A DNA stretch of 32,000 bases from Arthrobacter sulfonylureivorans (GTDB lineage Bacteria > Actinomycetota > Actinomycetes > Actinomycetales > Micrococcaceae): assembly GCA_004000035.1 (NCBI GenBank), contig RJAE01000001.1, positions 271,729 through 303,728 on the forward strand, in the 5' to 3' direction. The notes under the pieces were generated by a model. It was not told where the DNA came from and made no database searches. It worked only from the letters and a program-made list of their open reading frames with translations. The position numbers and the translations under genes were made by a program. Positions 1-8,245 of this stretch are shown here, piece by piece; the first letter of the stretch is position 1, and each line of letters starts with the position of its first letter.

Positions 1-1
1 T

Positions 2-127
2 CGGTGCCGCAACTGCAAGCGTGATTTCGTGGTGGAAGACCTGATTCTGTTGTGCCCCTGCGGCAGTGCCGACGTGGAAGTCCTCGGCGGCCGTGAACTT
101 GCGGTGACATCGGTGGAGGTGGCATAG
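2..127 (+). CDS. hypA: HypA hydrogenase nickel-insertion protein, C-terminal fragment (5' end outside window)
   Basis: Frame 2 reads RCRNCKRDFVVEDLILLCPCGSADVEVLGGRELAVTSVEVA*. This is the CxxC...CxC zinc-site C-terminus typical of HypA. The TAG at 125-127 abuts the hypB ATG at 128. Confidence 0.75.
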   Translation, partial: RCRNCKRDFVVEDLILLCPCGSADVEVLGGRELAVTSVEVA

Positions 128-964
128 ATGTGTACCACCTGTGGCTGTGGAGACGCAGAAAACACGCGGGTTTCGGGCCTCGAGATTGCCTCGGCTGGCC
201 ACGACCATCCGCATCCCCACGGCCATCCTCATGAGCATGCCCATGAACACGCCCACGGGCATGCCGCCAGCGGCCCGCAAACCATTCTGCTTGAGCAGGA
301 TCTGCTCGCCAAAAACGACCTGCTGGCCGCCCGGAACCGCGGCTGGTTGGAGGGCCGGAGCATCCGCGCCCTCAATGTGATGAGCTCGCCCGGCGCTGGC
401 AAGACCACGTTGCTGGTCAGGACGCTTCAGGAACTAGGCGACCGGCTGCAGGCCGGCGTTATCGAAGGCGACCAGGAAACGTCGCTGGATGCCGACCGGA
501 TCCGTGCGCTCGGGAGGCCCGTCATCCAGATCAACACGGGGGCCGGCTGCCATCTCGATGCCGACATGCTCCGCCGAGGACTCGATGCTCTGGACCCGGC
601 CATGGATTCGACGGTGTTCATCGAGAACGTCGGCAACCTCGTCTGCCCGGCGCTCTTCGACCTTGGCGAAGCCGCCAAGGTGGTGATCATTTCGGTGACG
701 GAAGGTGATGATAAACCCCAGAAGTACCCGCACATGTTCATGGCGGCCGACTTGGTGATCGTCAATAAGTCGGACTTGTTGCCCTACGTGGATTTCGATA
801 CCAGTGCGTGCCTGGAGCGCATCCGCCAGCTTAATCCGCGGACCGAATTTATGGTCGTTTCGGCCACCACCGGCGAGGGGCTGCCCCGCTGGTATGAGTG
901 GCTCGAAGGCGACTCACCCGAGCCGGAAACCCTGACCGGGTCACTGACTACCGACGCTCACTGA
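128..964 (+). CDS. hypB: HypB hydrogenase nickel-incorporation GTPase
   Basis: N-terminal MCTTCGCG (the CxxCGC high-affinity Ni motif known from E. coli HypB). An alternating His tract follows, then the P-loop SSPGAGKTTLL and the NKSD G4 motif. Sits between hypA and the hydrogenase structural genes. Confidence 0.95.
   Translation: MCTTCGCGDAENTRVSGLEIASAGHDHPHPHGHPHEHAHEHAHGHAASGPQTILLEQDLLAKNDLLAARNRGWLEGRSIRALNVMSSPGAGKTTLLVRTLQELGDRLQAGVIEGDQETSLDADRIRALGRPVIQINTGAGCHLDADMLRRGLDALDPAMDSTVFIENVGNLVCPALFDLGEAAKVVIISVTEGDDKPQKYPHMFMAADLVIVNKSDLLPYVDFDTSACLERIRQLNPRTEFMVVSATTGEGLPRWYEWLEGDSPEPETLTGSLTTDAH
200..262 (+). other. Alternating (His-X)10-His metal-binding tract inside hypB
   Basis: Translation is HDHPHPHGHPHEHAHEHAHGH, i.e. 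11 His at every second position. His-rich Ni-storage tracts are known in some HypB proteins. Confidence 0.8.
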
Positions 965-993
965 GTCCTTCAAGGGCTCTGAAGGAGGCACCG

Positions 994-2052
994 ATGCCTA
1001 CCGAAACTTCCTTGCAGGCCGAAGAAGCACTCATCCACGTGCTGTGGATCAACGCGGGGCTCAGTTGCGACGGAGATTCGGTCGCGCTGACGGCGGCCAC
1101 CCAGCCCAGCGTCGAGGAGATCGCGCTCGGCGCGCTGCCCGGGTTGCCCAGGATCGCTATGCACTGGCCGCTGATCGACTTTGAGTGCGGACCCCAGGAA
1201 GGGGCCGACGACTTCCTCGAGTGGTTCCGCAAGGCGGACCGCGGCGAACTGGAGCCGTTCGTCCTAGTGGTCGAGGGCTCCATCCCGAACGAGCAGCTCC
1301 ACGATCCCGGCGGCTATTGGTGCGGCTTCGGCAATGATTTGGAGACCGGACAGCCGATCACCACCAGCGAGTGGCTGGACCGGCTTGCGCCGAAAGCCAC
1401 CGCGATCATCGCGGCCGGTACCTGCGCCACGTACGGCGGCATCCATGCGATGGCTGGCAATCCGACCGGTGCCATGGGAGTGCCGGATTATCTGGGTTAC
1501 GACTGGAAATCCAAAGCCGGCATACCCATCGTCTGCGTCCCTGGATGTCCCATCCAACCGGACAACCTCTCGGAAACCATCACCTATCTGCTCTACCAAG
1601 CGACGGGACAGGCACCGCCAATTCCGCTGGACGAGGCGCTGCGCCCCACCTGGCTGTTCGGCAAGACGGTCCATGAAGGCTGCGACCGCGCCGGGTACTA
1701 CGAGCAGGCCGACTTCGCCACGGAATACGGATCTCCAAAATGCATCGTCAAGCTCGGCTGCTGGGGCCCCGTGGTCAAGTGCAACGTCCCCAAACGCGGC
1801 TGGATGAACGGTCTCGGCGGCTGCCCCAACGTCGGCGGCATTTGCATCGGCTGCACGATGCCGGGATTCCCGGACAAGTTCATGCCCTTCATGGACGAGC
1901 CGCCCGGCGGCAAGCTTTCAACCAATGCCGTCCGCCCCTACGGTGCGGCGATCAAGGCGTTACGCGGCATCACGGCCAACTCGTTGGACAAGGAACCCAA
2001 GTGGCGCCGGCCCGGACGTGAACTCCTGACCGGTGCCCGTCGCACCTGGTAA
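994..2052 (+). CDS. hhyS: [NiFe]-hydrogenase small subunit, group 1h/5 type (no Tat signal peptide)
   Basis: ATG at 994 is preceded by GAAGGAGG (981-988). The product starts MPTETSLQAEEALIHVLWINAGLSCDGDS, so the conserved core begins almost at residue 1 with no twin-arginine leader. Multiple Cys cluster ligands are present (GTCATYGG, VPGCP, CWGPVVKCN, CIGC). The 898 start in the track is an upstream extension overlapping hypB. Confidence 0.93.
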   Translation: MPTETSLQAEEALIHVLWINAGLSCDGDSVALTAATQPSVEEIALGALPGLPRIAMHWPLIDFECGPQEGADDFLEWFRKADRGELEPFVLVVEGSIPNEQLHDPGGYWCGFGNDLETGQPITTSEWLDRLAPKATAIIAAGTCATYGGIHAMAGNPTGAMGVPDYLGYDWKSKAGIPIVCVPGCPIQPDNLSETITYLLYQATGQAPPIPLDEALRPTWLFGKTVHEGCDRAGYYEQADFATEYGSPKCIVKLGCWGPVVKCNVPKRGWMNGLGGCPNVGGICIGCTMPGFPDKFMPFMDEPPGGKLSTNAVRPYGAAIKALRGITANSLDKEPKWRRPGRELLTGARRTW

Positions 2053-2086
2053 CCGACCGGCGACTTCCAGACAAAGGCGAAGCACA

Positions 2087-3880
2087 ATGACTTCAACGAT
2101 TCCGACACCTTCGAAGAGCGGTACCGGCGGCAACAACCTGGTGGAGATGGCATGGGACCCCATCACCCGGATCGTCGGCAGCCTCGGCATCTACACCAAG
2201 ATCGATTTCGAGAACAACCAGGTTGTCGAGTGCCGCAGCACGTCCTCGATCTTCCGCGGCTACTCCTTGTTCATGAAGGGCAAGGATCCCCGCGACGCCC
2301 ACTTCATCACCAGCCGGATCTGCGGCATCTGCGGCGACAACCATGCCACCTGCTCCTGCTACGCCCAGAACATGGCCTACGGCGTGAAACCCCCGAATCT
2401 GGGCGAGTGGATCGTGAACCTCGGAGAAGCGGCCGAGTACATGTTCGACCACAACATCTTCCAGGAGAACCTCGTCGGCGTGGACTACTGCGAAAAGATG
2501 GTCTCCGAAACCAACCCCGGCGTACTGGCGAAGGCGGAGAACACCCGCGCCCCACACGAAGCCGACCACGGCTACCGTACGATCGCGGACATCATGCGCT
2601 CGTTGAACCCATTCACCGGCGAGTTCTACCGGGAGGCCCTGCAAGTCAGCCGGCTCACGCGTGAGATGTTCTGCCTGATGGAGGGACGCCACGTCCACCC
2701 GTCAACGCTGTACCCGGGTGGCGTCGGCACGGTGGCGACCATCCAGCTCATGACCGACTACATCACCCGGCTGATGCGCTACGTCGAGTTCATGAAGAAG
2801 GTTGTGCCGATGCATGACGACCTCTTCGACTTTTTCTACGAGGCCCTGCCAGGCTACGAGCAGGTGGGCCTGCGGCGCACGCTGCTCGGCTGCTGGGGTG
2901 CCTTCCAGGATCCGGAGTTCTGCAATTTCGAGTACAAGGACATGACGGACTGGGGCCGGAAGATGTTCGTGACGCCCGGCGTCGTGGTTGACGGAAATCT
3001 GGTGACCACTGACCTGGTGCGGATCAACCTCGGAATACGAATCATGCTCGGCTCCTCGTACTACGAGGACTGGGAAGGCCAGGAGATGTTCGTAACGCGG
3101 GATCCGCTGGGCAATCCGGTGGACCGCCGGCACCCATGGAACCAGCACACCAACCCGAAGCCGCAGAAGCGCGACCTGGAAGAGAAGTACAGCTGGGTCA
3201 TGTCCCCGCGCTGGTTCGACGGCACGGAGAACCTCGCCCTGGATACCGGCGGCGGTCCGCTGGCCCGGCTCTGGTCGACGGCGCTGGCGGGGCTGGTCGA
3301 CATCGGATACATCAAGGCCACCGGCCACAGCGTGCAGATCAACCTGCCCAAGACCGCGCTGAAGGGGCCGGTATCCTTCGAATGGCACACCCCGCAATGG
3401 AGCAACACGCTGGAGCGCAACCGGGCTCGGACGTACTTCCAGGCCTACGCCGCCGCGGCCGCACTGCATTTCGCCGAGCAGGCGCTCGAAGAGATACGAG
3501 CCGGTAGGACCAAGACCTGGGAAACCTTCGAGGTCCCCGACGAGGCCTTCAGCTGCGGCTTCACCGAGGCCGTGCGCGGCGTGCTTTCGCATCACATGGT
3601 GATCCGCGACGGCAAGATCGCCAACTACCATCCGTACCCGCCGACCCCGTGGAACGCGAGCCCCACGGATTCCCAGGGCATCTCCGGGCCGTACGAGGAC
3701 GCGGTCCAGGGGCAGCCCATCTTCGAGGAGAACGACCGCGAGCATTTCAAGGGGATCGACATCATGCGCACGGTGCGTAGCTTCGACCCCTGCCTGCCGT
3801 GCGGCGTCCACATGTACCTGGGCAAGGGGCAGACCCTGGACAAACTGCATTCACCAACCCAGACGATGACCGGCGAGTGA
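2087..3880 (+). CDS. hhyL: [NiFe]-hydrogenase large subunit, group 1h/5 (high-affinity, O2-tolerant type)
   Basis: N-terminal Ni-binding motif TSRICGICGDNH (2309-2344). C-terminal motif SFDPCLPCGVH (3779-3811) is followed by a 22-aa tail (MYLGKGQTLDKLHSPTQTMTGE), as expected for endopeptidase cleavage after His. About 597 aa from the ATG at 2087. Confidence 0.95.
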   Translation: MTSTIPTPSKSGTGGNNLVEMAWDPITRIVGSLGIYTKIDFENNQVVECRSTSSIFRGYSLFMKGKDPRDAHFITSRICGICGDNHATCSCYAQNMAYGVKPPNLGEWIVNLGEAAEYMFDHNIFQENLVGVDYCEKMVSETNPGVLAKAENTRAPHEADHGYRTIADIMRSLNPFTGEFYREALQVSRLTREMFCLMEGRHVHPSTLYPGGVGTVATIQLMTDYITRLMRYVEFMKKVVPMHDDLFDFFYEALPGYEQVGLRRTLLGCWGAFQDPEFCNFEYKDMTDWGRKMFVTPGVVVDGNLVTTDLVRINLGIRIMLGSSYYEDWEGQEMFVTRDPLGNPVDRRHPWNQHTNPKPQKRDLEEKYSWVMSPRWFDGTENLALDTGGGPLARLWSTALAGLVDIGYIKATGHSVQINLPKTALKGPVSFEWHTPQWSNTLERNRARTYFQAYAAAAALHFAEQALEEIRAGRTKTWETFEVPDEAFSCGFTEAVRGVLSHHMVIRDGKIANYHPYPPTPWNASPTDSQGISGPYEDAVQGQPIFEENDREHFKGIDIMRTVRSFDPCLPCGVHMYLGKGQTLDKLHSPTQTMTGE

Positions 3881-3886
3881 CCTGCC

Positions 3887-4822
3887 ATGCCAGCGGGGGA
3901 GCAGCCACGCCAGATCGGTGACCGCATCGGCACGCTTTTGGACGCGCTCGGGGCTGGCGGCGCCGTCGCGCGCGGACGCGCGGAGGATCTGGTCCGCGAG
4001 GTGGCTGACCTGTACGGAGCGGGGCTGGAACGGCTGCTGGATATCCTCAAGGACCGCGGAGTGCTCGATCCCGCCACCATGCAGGCGCTGACCTCGGATG
4101 AGCTGGTGTCCGCTGTGCTGCTCATCCACGGGCTGCACCCGCAGGACCTGCAGACCAGGGTTGCCGCCGCGCTGGACAGCGTCCGCCCCTACCTTGGTTC
4201 ACATGGTGGCGACGTGGAACTGCTGGAAATCAACGACGACGGCGTGGTGCGGCTGCGCCTGTTGGGCACCTGCCAGGGGTGCCCGTCGTCGTCCGTCACC
4301 CTCAAGTACGCGGTCGAGGATGCGATTGAAGCGGCTGCCCCGGAAGTGGCGGCGATCGAGGTCGTCGAGGCCGAAAGGACCGCCGCCTCGCCGGCCGTGA
4401 TCCCCGTGGACGCGCTGCTGGTCCGGCTGAACCGGGAAGCCGATGGTTCCGGGGACCAGCCAACGGGTTCCTGGGAGCCCCTTCCCCAGCTCGCCGAGCT
4501 GGAACCCGGGGAGGTCGCGGGCTTCCTGGTCGGCGGCGGGTATTCCCTTCTGGCTTGCCGGACCGGGCAGGACGTATATGCCTACCGTGACTACTGCCCG
4601 CGCTGCACCCGCTCGCTGGAAGGTGCGACGCTGCAGCGGGCACTCGCGGCACCGGTCGGCGGTGGCCTGCTGCGCTGCCCGTCCTGCCGCAGCCACTTCG
4701 ACGTGCGGCAGGCCGGTGCCTGTCTGGAGGACAAGGCCATGCATCTGGATCCGCTGCCCCTGCTCAGCCGTGGCGGCGTGATGTGCGTGGCCGTCCCGGT
4801 GTCCGCCGGGCACGGAGGCTGA
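3887..4822 (+). CDS. NifU-domain putative Fe-S protein associated with group 1h hydrogenase (HhyE-like)
   Basis: Central segment GSHGGDVELLEINDDGVVRLRLLGTCQGCPSSSVTLKYAVEDAIE is a NifU C-terminal-type domain. The C-terminal part carries CPRC...CPSC. It starts 6 nt after the hhyL stop. Position and architecture match the Fe-S protein reported as required for Hhy activity in Mycobacterium smegmatis (from memory). Confidence 0.8.
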   Translation: MPAGEQPRQIGDRIGTLLDALGAGGAVARGRAEDLVREVADLYGAGLERLLDILKDRGVLDPATMQALTSDELVSAVLLIHGLHPQDLQTRVAAALDSVRPYLGSHGGDVELLEINDDGVVRLRLLGTCQGCPSSSVTLKYAVEDAIEAAAPEVAAIEVVEAERTAASPAVIPVDALLVRLNREADGSGDQPTGSWEPLPQLAELEPGEVAGFLVGGGYSLLACRTGQDVYAYRDYCPRCTRSLEGATLQRALAAPVGGGLLRCPSCRSHFDVRQAGACLEDKAMHLDPLPLLSRGGVMCVAVPVSAGHGG

Positions 4823-4823
4823 G

Positions 4824-5480
4824 ATGGATATTGCGCTGCTGCGCAGGATCGCAGCCACCAAACCTGCCCCCGCGGGCGAGCGCTGCGAGATGTGCGGCGA
4901 GCCCATTACGGAAGAACACCAGCACGTCGTCGATGTGGAAAGCCGCGGCATGCTGTGCACCTGCCGGCCGTGCTACCTCCTCTTCATCGATGCCGACGCC
5001 CGGCTCCGCTACCGCGCCGTCCCGGACCGCTACCTCTCCTTCCCCGATTTTGAGCTCGGCCCCGGCCAATGGGAGGAGCTCGAAATCCCGGTGGGCCTGG
5101 CCTTCTTCTTCTACAGTTCCAAGTTGGAGCGAACGGTCGCCTTCTATCCGGGTCCGGCGGGAGCCACCGAATCCGAACTTTCGCTGGAGGCCTGGGGAGC
5201 GGTGTTGGCGCGCAATCCGCACCTGTCCGTCGCCGCCGCTGATACGGAGGCGCTGCTGATCCGCGGTCCTGGACCCGAGCGGGCACAGGCGGACTGCTAC
5301 TTGGTTCCGGTGGACGCCTGCTACGAACTGGTGGGCCAGTTGCGCCGTGTGTGGCGCGGGTTCGACGGCGGACAGCAGTCCCGCGAGCAACTCAGGATGT
5401 TCTTCAACCAGGTCCAGAGCCGGTGCCGGCCGGTTCGCGAGGAGGACCGGGGCGGCGCCGGGCCGGGGGAGTTGCCGTGA
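4824..5480 (+). CDS. Conserved hypothetical protein with a CxxC-x20-CxCxxC motif (hydrogenase-operon ORF)
   Basis: ATG lies 1 nt after the upstream stop and is preceded by GGAGG. High GC3 in frame. Motif is CEMCGEPITEEHQHVVDVESRGMLCTCRPC. I recognise no enzymatic domain. Confidence 0.8.
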   Translation: MDIALLRRIAATKPAPAGERCEMCGEPITEEHQHVVDVESRGMLCTCRPCYLLFIDADARLRYRAVPDRYLSFPDFELGPGQWEELEIPVGLAFFFYSSKLERTVAFYPGPAGATESELSLEAWGAVLARNPHLSVAAADTEALLIRGPGPERAQADCYLVPVDACYELVGQLRRVWRGFDGGQQSREQLRMFFNQVQSRCRPVREEDRGGAGPGELP

Positions 5481-6133
5481 CCGACTTGTCCTTCACGGTC
5501 CTCGATATCCAGCCCGAGCCCTACTCGGCGGCCCCCCAGCTGACGGCCCGGCTGCGCGTCACCGAGTCCAGCGGCGCCGTCGTCCATGCGATCGCGCTGC
5601 GCTGCCAGGTACGCATTCTGCCGCAGCGGCGCGGCTATGGCCCGGGCGAGGAACCCGGGCTGCTGGATCTCTTCGGCGAGCGCGGCCGCTGGCCCTCGAC
5701 TCTGAAGTCCTTCCTGTGGCTGCAGTGCAGCGCCCTCGTCCAGGGCTTTACCGACAGCACTGACGTGGATCTGCCGCTGCCCTGTACGTTCGATTTCGAG
5801 GTCGCGGCATCCAAGTACCTGAACGCCCTGCAAGAGGGCATGGTCCCGTTGGAATTGCTGTTCTCCGGCACCGTCTTCACCAGAGGCCAGACCGGGTTTA
5901 CGGTGGAACAGGTTCCGTGGGACCTCGAGGCTTCCTACCAGCTGCCGGTGGAGGCGTGGCGCCGGCTCATGGACCTGCACTTCCCCAACACCGGCTGGCT
6001 CCGGCTGGACCGCGAGGTGCTCGCGTCGTTGGCCCGTTTCAAGGCGGCCCGGGGGCTCACCTCCTGGGAGGCAACCGTGGAGGCGCTGCTGGCCGGCGCC
6101 ACCGCAAACGTTGTGGGTGAGCCGCCGCCATGA
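5477..6133 (+). CDS. Conserved hypothetical protein (hydrogenase-operon ORF)
   Basis: GTG at 5477 overlaps the upstream TGA (GTGA). The product starts (M)TDLSFTVLDIQPEPYSAAPQLTARLRV. The longer 5351 start in the track would overlap the previous gene by about 130 nt. The stop overlaps the next ATG (ATGA at 6130). Confidence 0.72.
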   Translation: MTDLSFTVLDIQPEPYSAAPQLTARLRVTESSGAVVHAIALRCQVRILPQRRGYGPGEEPGLLDLFGERGRWPSTLKSFLWLQCSALVQGFTDSTDVDLPLPCTFDFEVAASKYLNALQEGMVPLELLFSGTVFTRGQTGFTVEQVPWDLEASYQLPVEAWRRLMDLHFPNTGWLRLDREVLASLARFKAARGLTSWEATVEALLAGATANVVGEPPP

Positions 6134-7578
6134 ACATGGGACTGAGTCTGGCCCGCGCCGTCGCCGATGCTGTTCTCTACGAGGGGTACCTGCTCTACCC
6201 GTACCGCGCGTCGTCCCGGAAGAACCAGGCACGCTGGCAGTTCGGTATCCTCGGCCCACCCGGCGCCGCGGTGGCGGGGATCGGTGAGGAACCGGACATG
6301 TCCGCGGACTGCCTGCTCACGGCTGGCCGGAACGCGTCGCTGGAGGTGCACCTGCGCTTCCTCCAGCTGCAGACCCGGACCGTGGAGGAAAAGGGCGACG
6401 ACGGCGCGTTCGGGGCCGTCGGACAGCTCACCGTGGGTGCCAACCAGTGGCTGACCTGGGACGAAGCCGTGGAGCAGGAAATTGTTCTGGGTCCGTTTGC
6501 CCTGGCTGACCTGGCCGGCCCCCAGGGAGACGGGCTGGCACTGCCGGTCGACGTGCCGGCCGGCCGGGACACGGAGCTGCTCACCGACAGCGTCGGGCAG
6601 ATTGCCGGGCGGCTAGAGCGCCGCCGTCGTCGGCTCCGCGGAGAGGTCAGGCTGACTGCGAGGCCACACGCCGACGGGGTCATTCGGCTGCGTGTCACCG
6701 CGGAAAACCTCGGTCCGGCTACGGACACGCCCGGAGCCGCAGACAAACAGGACGCGATCGCCTTGTCCTTCATCGGAACCCACGCTCTGTTGACTCTTCA
6801 GGACGGGGATTTCCTCTCCCTGCTCGAGCCGCCGGAAGCGGCAGCAGCCGCGGCGCGGTCCTGCACGCAGCACCGTTGCTGGCCGGTCCTCGCCGGACCC
6901 GAAGGCCAGACCGACGTGCTGCTCATCTCGCCCATCATCCTCTACGACCATCCCTCCGTCGCCCCGGAAAGCTCGGTGGAGCTGTACGACTCGACGGAGA
7001 TCGACGAGATCCTCACCCTACGGGTGCTGACCCTGACGGAAGAGGAAAAGGCAGAGGCCCGGGCCACCGATCCGCGGGCGGCAGCGGTGATCGACCGCTG
7101 CGCCGCGATGTCGCCCGAAGAGCTGCAGCAGCTGCACGGCGTCCTGCGCGATCCCCACGCCCCGGCCTTCCCGACGCTCACCGAAGAGCCGGTGGCCGGA
7201 TCAGGGGGCACCAGCGGATCCGAGAGCCTTCCGTGGTGGGATCCCGCGGCGGACGCCAGCGTCCATCCCGACGAGGACGCCGTGCTGATCGGTAACGTTC
7301 CGGTCGCCCGCGGCAGCCGGGTGCGGGTGAAACCGGGCCGGCGGGCAGATGCCCAGGATCTCTTCTTCGCCGGCCAGTCGGCAAGAGTCACCAGCGTCCA
7401 TTTCGACGTCGACGGCAGCACTCATATCGGCCTGGTCTTCGAAGAGGACCCTGCAGCCGACCTGCATGAGGGCTACGGCCGATCCTTCTACTACGCGCCG
7501 GACGAACTGGAGCCTCTTGATCCTGCCCCGTCCGGCGTACAGATCGAACCCCAGCACGGAAGGGAAAACCAATCATGA
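6130..7578 (+). CDS. Conserved hypothetical protein, 482 aa (hydrogenase-operon ORF)
   Basis: ATGA start/stop overlap at 6130. Coding-like GC3 throughout. N-terminus is MNMGLSLARAVADAVLYEGYLLYPYRASSRKNQARWQFGILGP. I recognise no domain. Confidence 0.8.
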   Translation: MNMGLSLARAVADAVLYEGYLLYPYRASSRKNQARWQFGILGPPGAAVAGIGEEPDMSADCLLTAGRNASLEVHLRFLQLQTRTVEEKGDDGAFGAVGQLTVGANQWLTWDEAVEQEIVLGPFALADLAGPQGDGLALPVDVPAGRDTELLTDSVGQIAGRLERRRRRLRGEVRLTARPHADGVIRLRVTAENLGPATDTPGAADKQDAIALSFIGTHALLTLQDGDFLSLLEPPEAAAAAARSCTQHRCWPVLAGPEGQTDVLLISPIILYDHPSVAPESSVELYDSTEIDEILTLRVLTLTEEEKAEARATDPRAAAVIDRCAAMSPEELQQLHGVLRDPHAPAFPTLTEEPVAGSGGTSGSESLPWWDPAADASVHPDEDAVLIGNVPVARGSRVRVKPGRRADAQDLFFAGQSARVTSVHFDVDGSTHIGLVFEEDPAADLHEGYGRSFYYAPDELEPLDPAPSGVQIEPQHGRENQS

Positions 7579-7694
7579 GAGCAGTAGGCATAGTGGCCAC
7601 GGGCGCGCTTTCCGCCGTCGCGCTCGGCCTCGTCTACGTCGGGCTGCGGTCGCTCCCGGACATCCGGCGCTACTTGAAGCTGAGCCGGATGTGA
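7575..7694 (+). CDS. Small predicted single-pass membrane peptide, 39 aa (absent from the ORF track)
   Basis: ATG 7575-7577 overlaps the upstream TGA (ATGA). The stop TGA 7692-7694 overlaps the GTG of the endopeptidase gene (GTGA). Translation is MRAVGIVATGALSAVALGLVYVGLRSLPDIRRYLKLSRM, a hydrophobic helix followed by a basic tail. Confidence 0.5.
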   Translation: MRAVGIVATGALSAVALGLVYVGLRSLPDIRRYLKLSRM

Positions 7695-8233
7695 AGACCC
7701 GGCTCCAACCGCGCGCACCCGCCGGCGCTACCTCTGCGGATCTCACAGGTCGGACCCTGGTGGCCGGCGTCGGCAACATGTTCCTGCGCGACGACGGCTT
7801 CGGCCCGGAGGTCGCACGGCGCCTGGCCGCAGCCGCGGCCGGCCAATGGCCGGGAGTGCAAGTGGTCGACTATGGAATCCGGGGGATGCATCTGGCGTAC
7901 GACCTGCTGGCCGGCGTGGACGCACTGGTCCTGGTGGATACCGTCCCTCCCGATCCGCACGATGCAGAACCGGGCAGCATCCGGGTCCTGCGCGTCGGTG
8001 GCGAAGACCTCGCGGAAGCCGGGCCGCTGGATCCCCATGGCATGGATCCCGCCGCGGTGTTGAACCGGCTGCGCTCCCTCGGCGGCAAACTGCCGCCAAC
8101 CTACGTCGTCGGCTGCGTGCCGGCCGATACGACGGAAGGCATCGGGCTCTCGCCAGCGGTAGCGGCCGCTGTCCCGGAGGCGATGGCCGCCGTCGTCACA
8201 CTCCTCGAAGAAAACGTTTCCCATCCCACCTAA
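7691..8233 (+). CDS. Hydrogenase maturation endopeptidase (HyaD/HybD/HupD family)
   Basis: TLVAGVGNMFLRDDGFGPEVARRL, VVDYGIRGMHLAYDLL, LVLVDTV and DPHGMDP match the family pattern (Asp/His metal ligands). The GTG start at 7691 is chosen from the coupling overlap and is uncertain. The 7349 start in the track lies inside the previous gene. Confidence 0.85.
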   Translation: MKTRLQPRAPAGATSADLTGRTLVAGVGNMFLRDDGFGPEVARRLAAAAAGQWPGVQVVDYGIRGMHLAYDLLAGVDALVLVDTVPPDPHDAEPGSIRVLRVGGEDLAEAGPLDPHGMDPAAVLNRLRSLGGKLPPTYVVGCVPADTTEGIGLSPAVAAAVPEAMAAVVTLLEENVSHPT

Positions 8234-8245
8234 GGAAGTACCGCG

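Noticed and set aside
898-993. Upstream extensions of track ORFs taken as true N-termini (898 for hhyS, 2033 for hhyL, 5351, 7349, 13070-14767, 22271 for selD, 23689 for selB, 25829 for the SBP)
   Set aside because: The extensions overlap upstream genes or encode Arg-rich, non-conserved-looking peptides. Internal starts with RBS-like sequences or start/stop coupling give proteins beginning at the conserved family N-termini.
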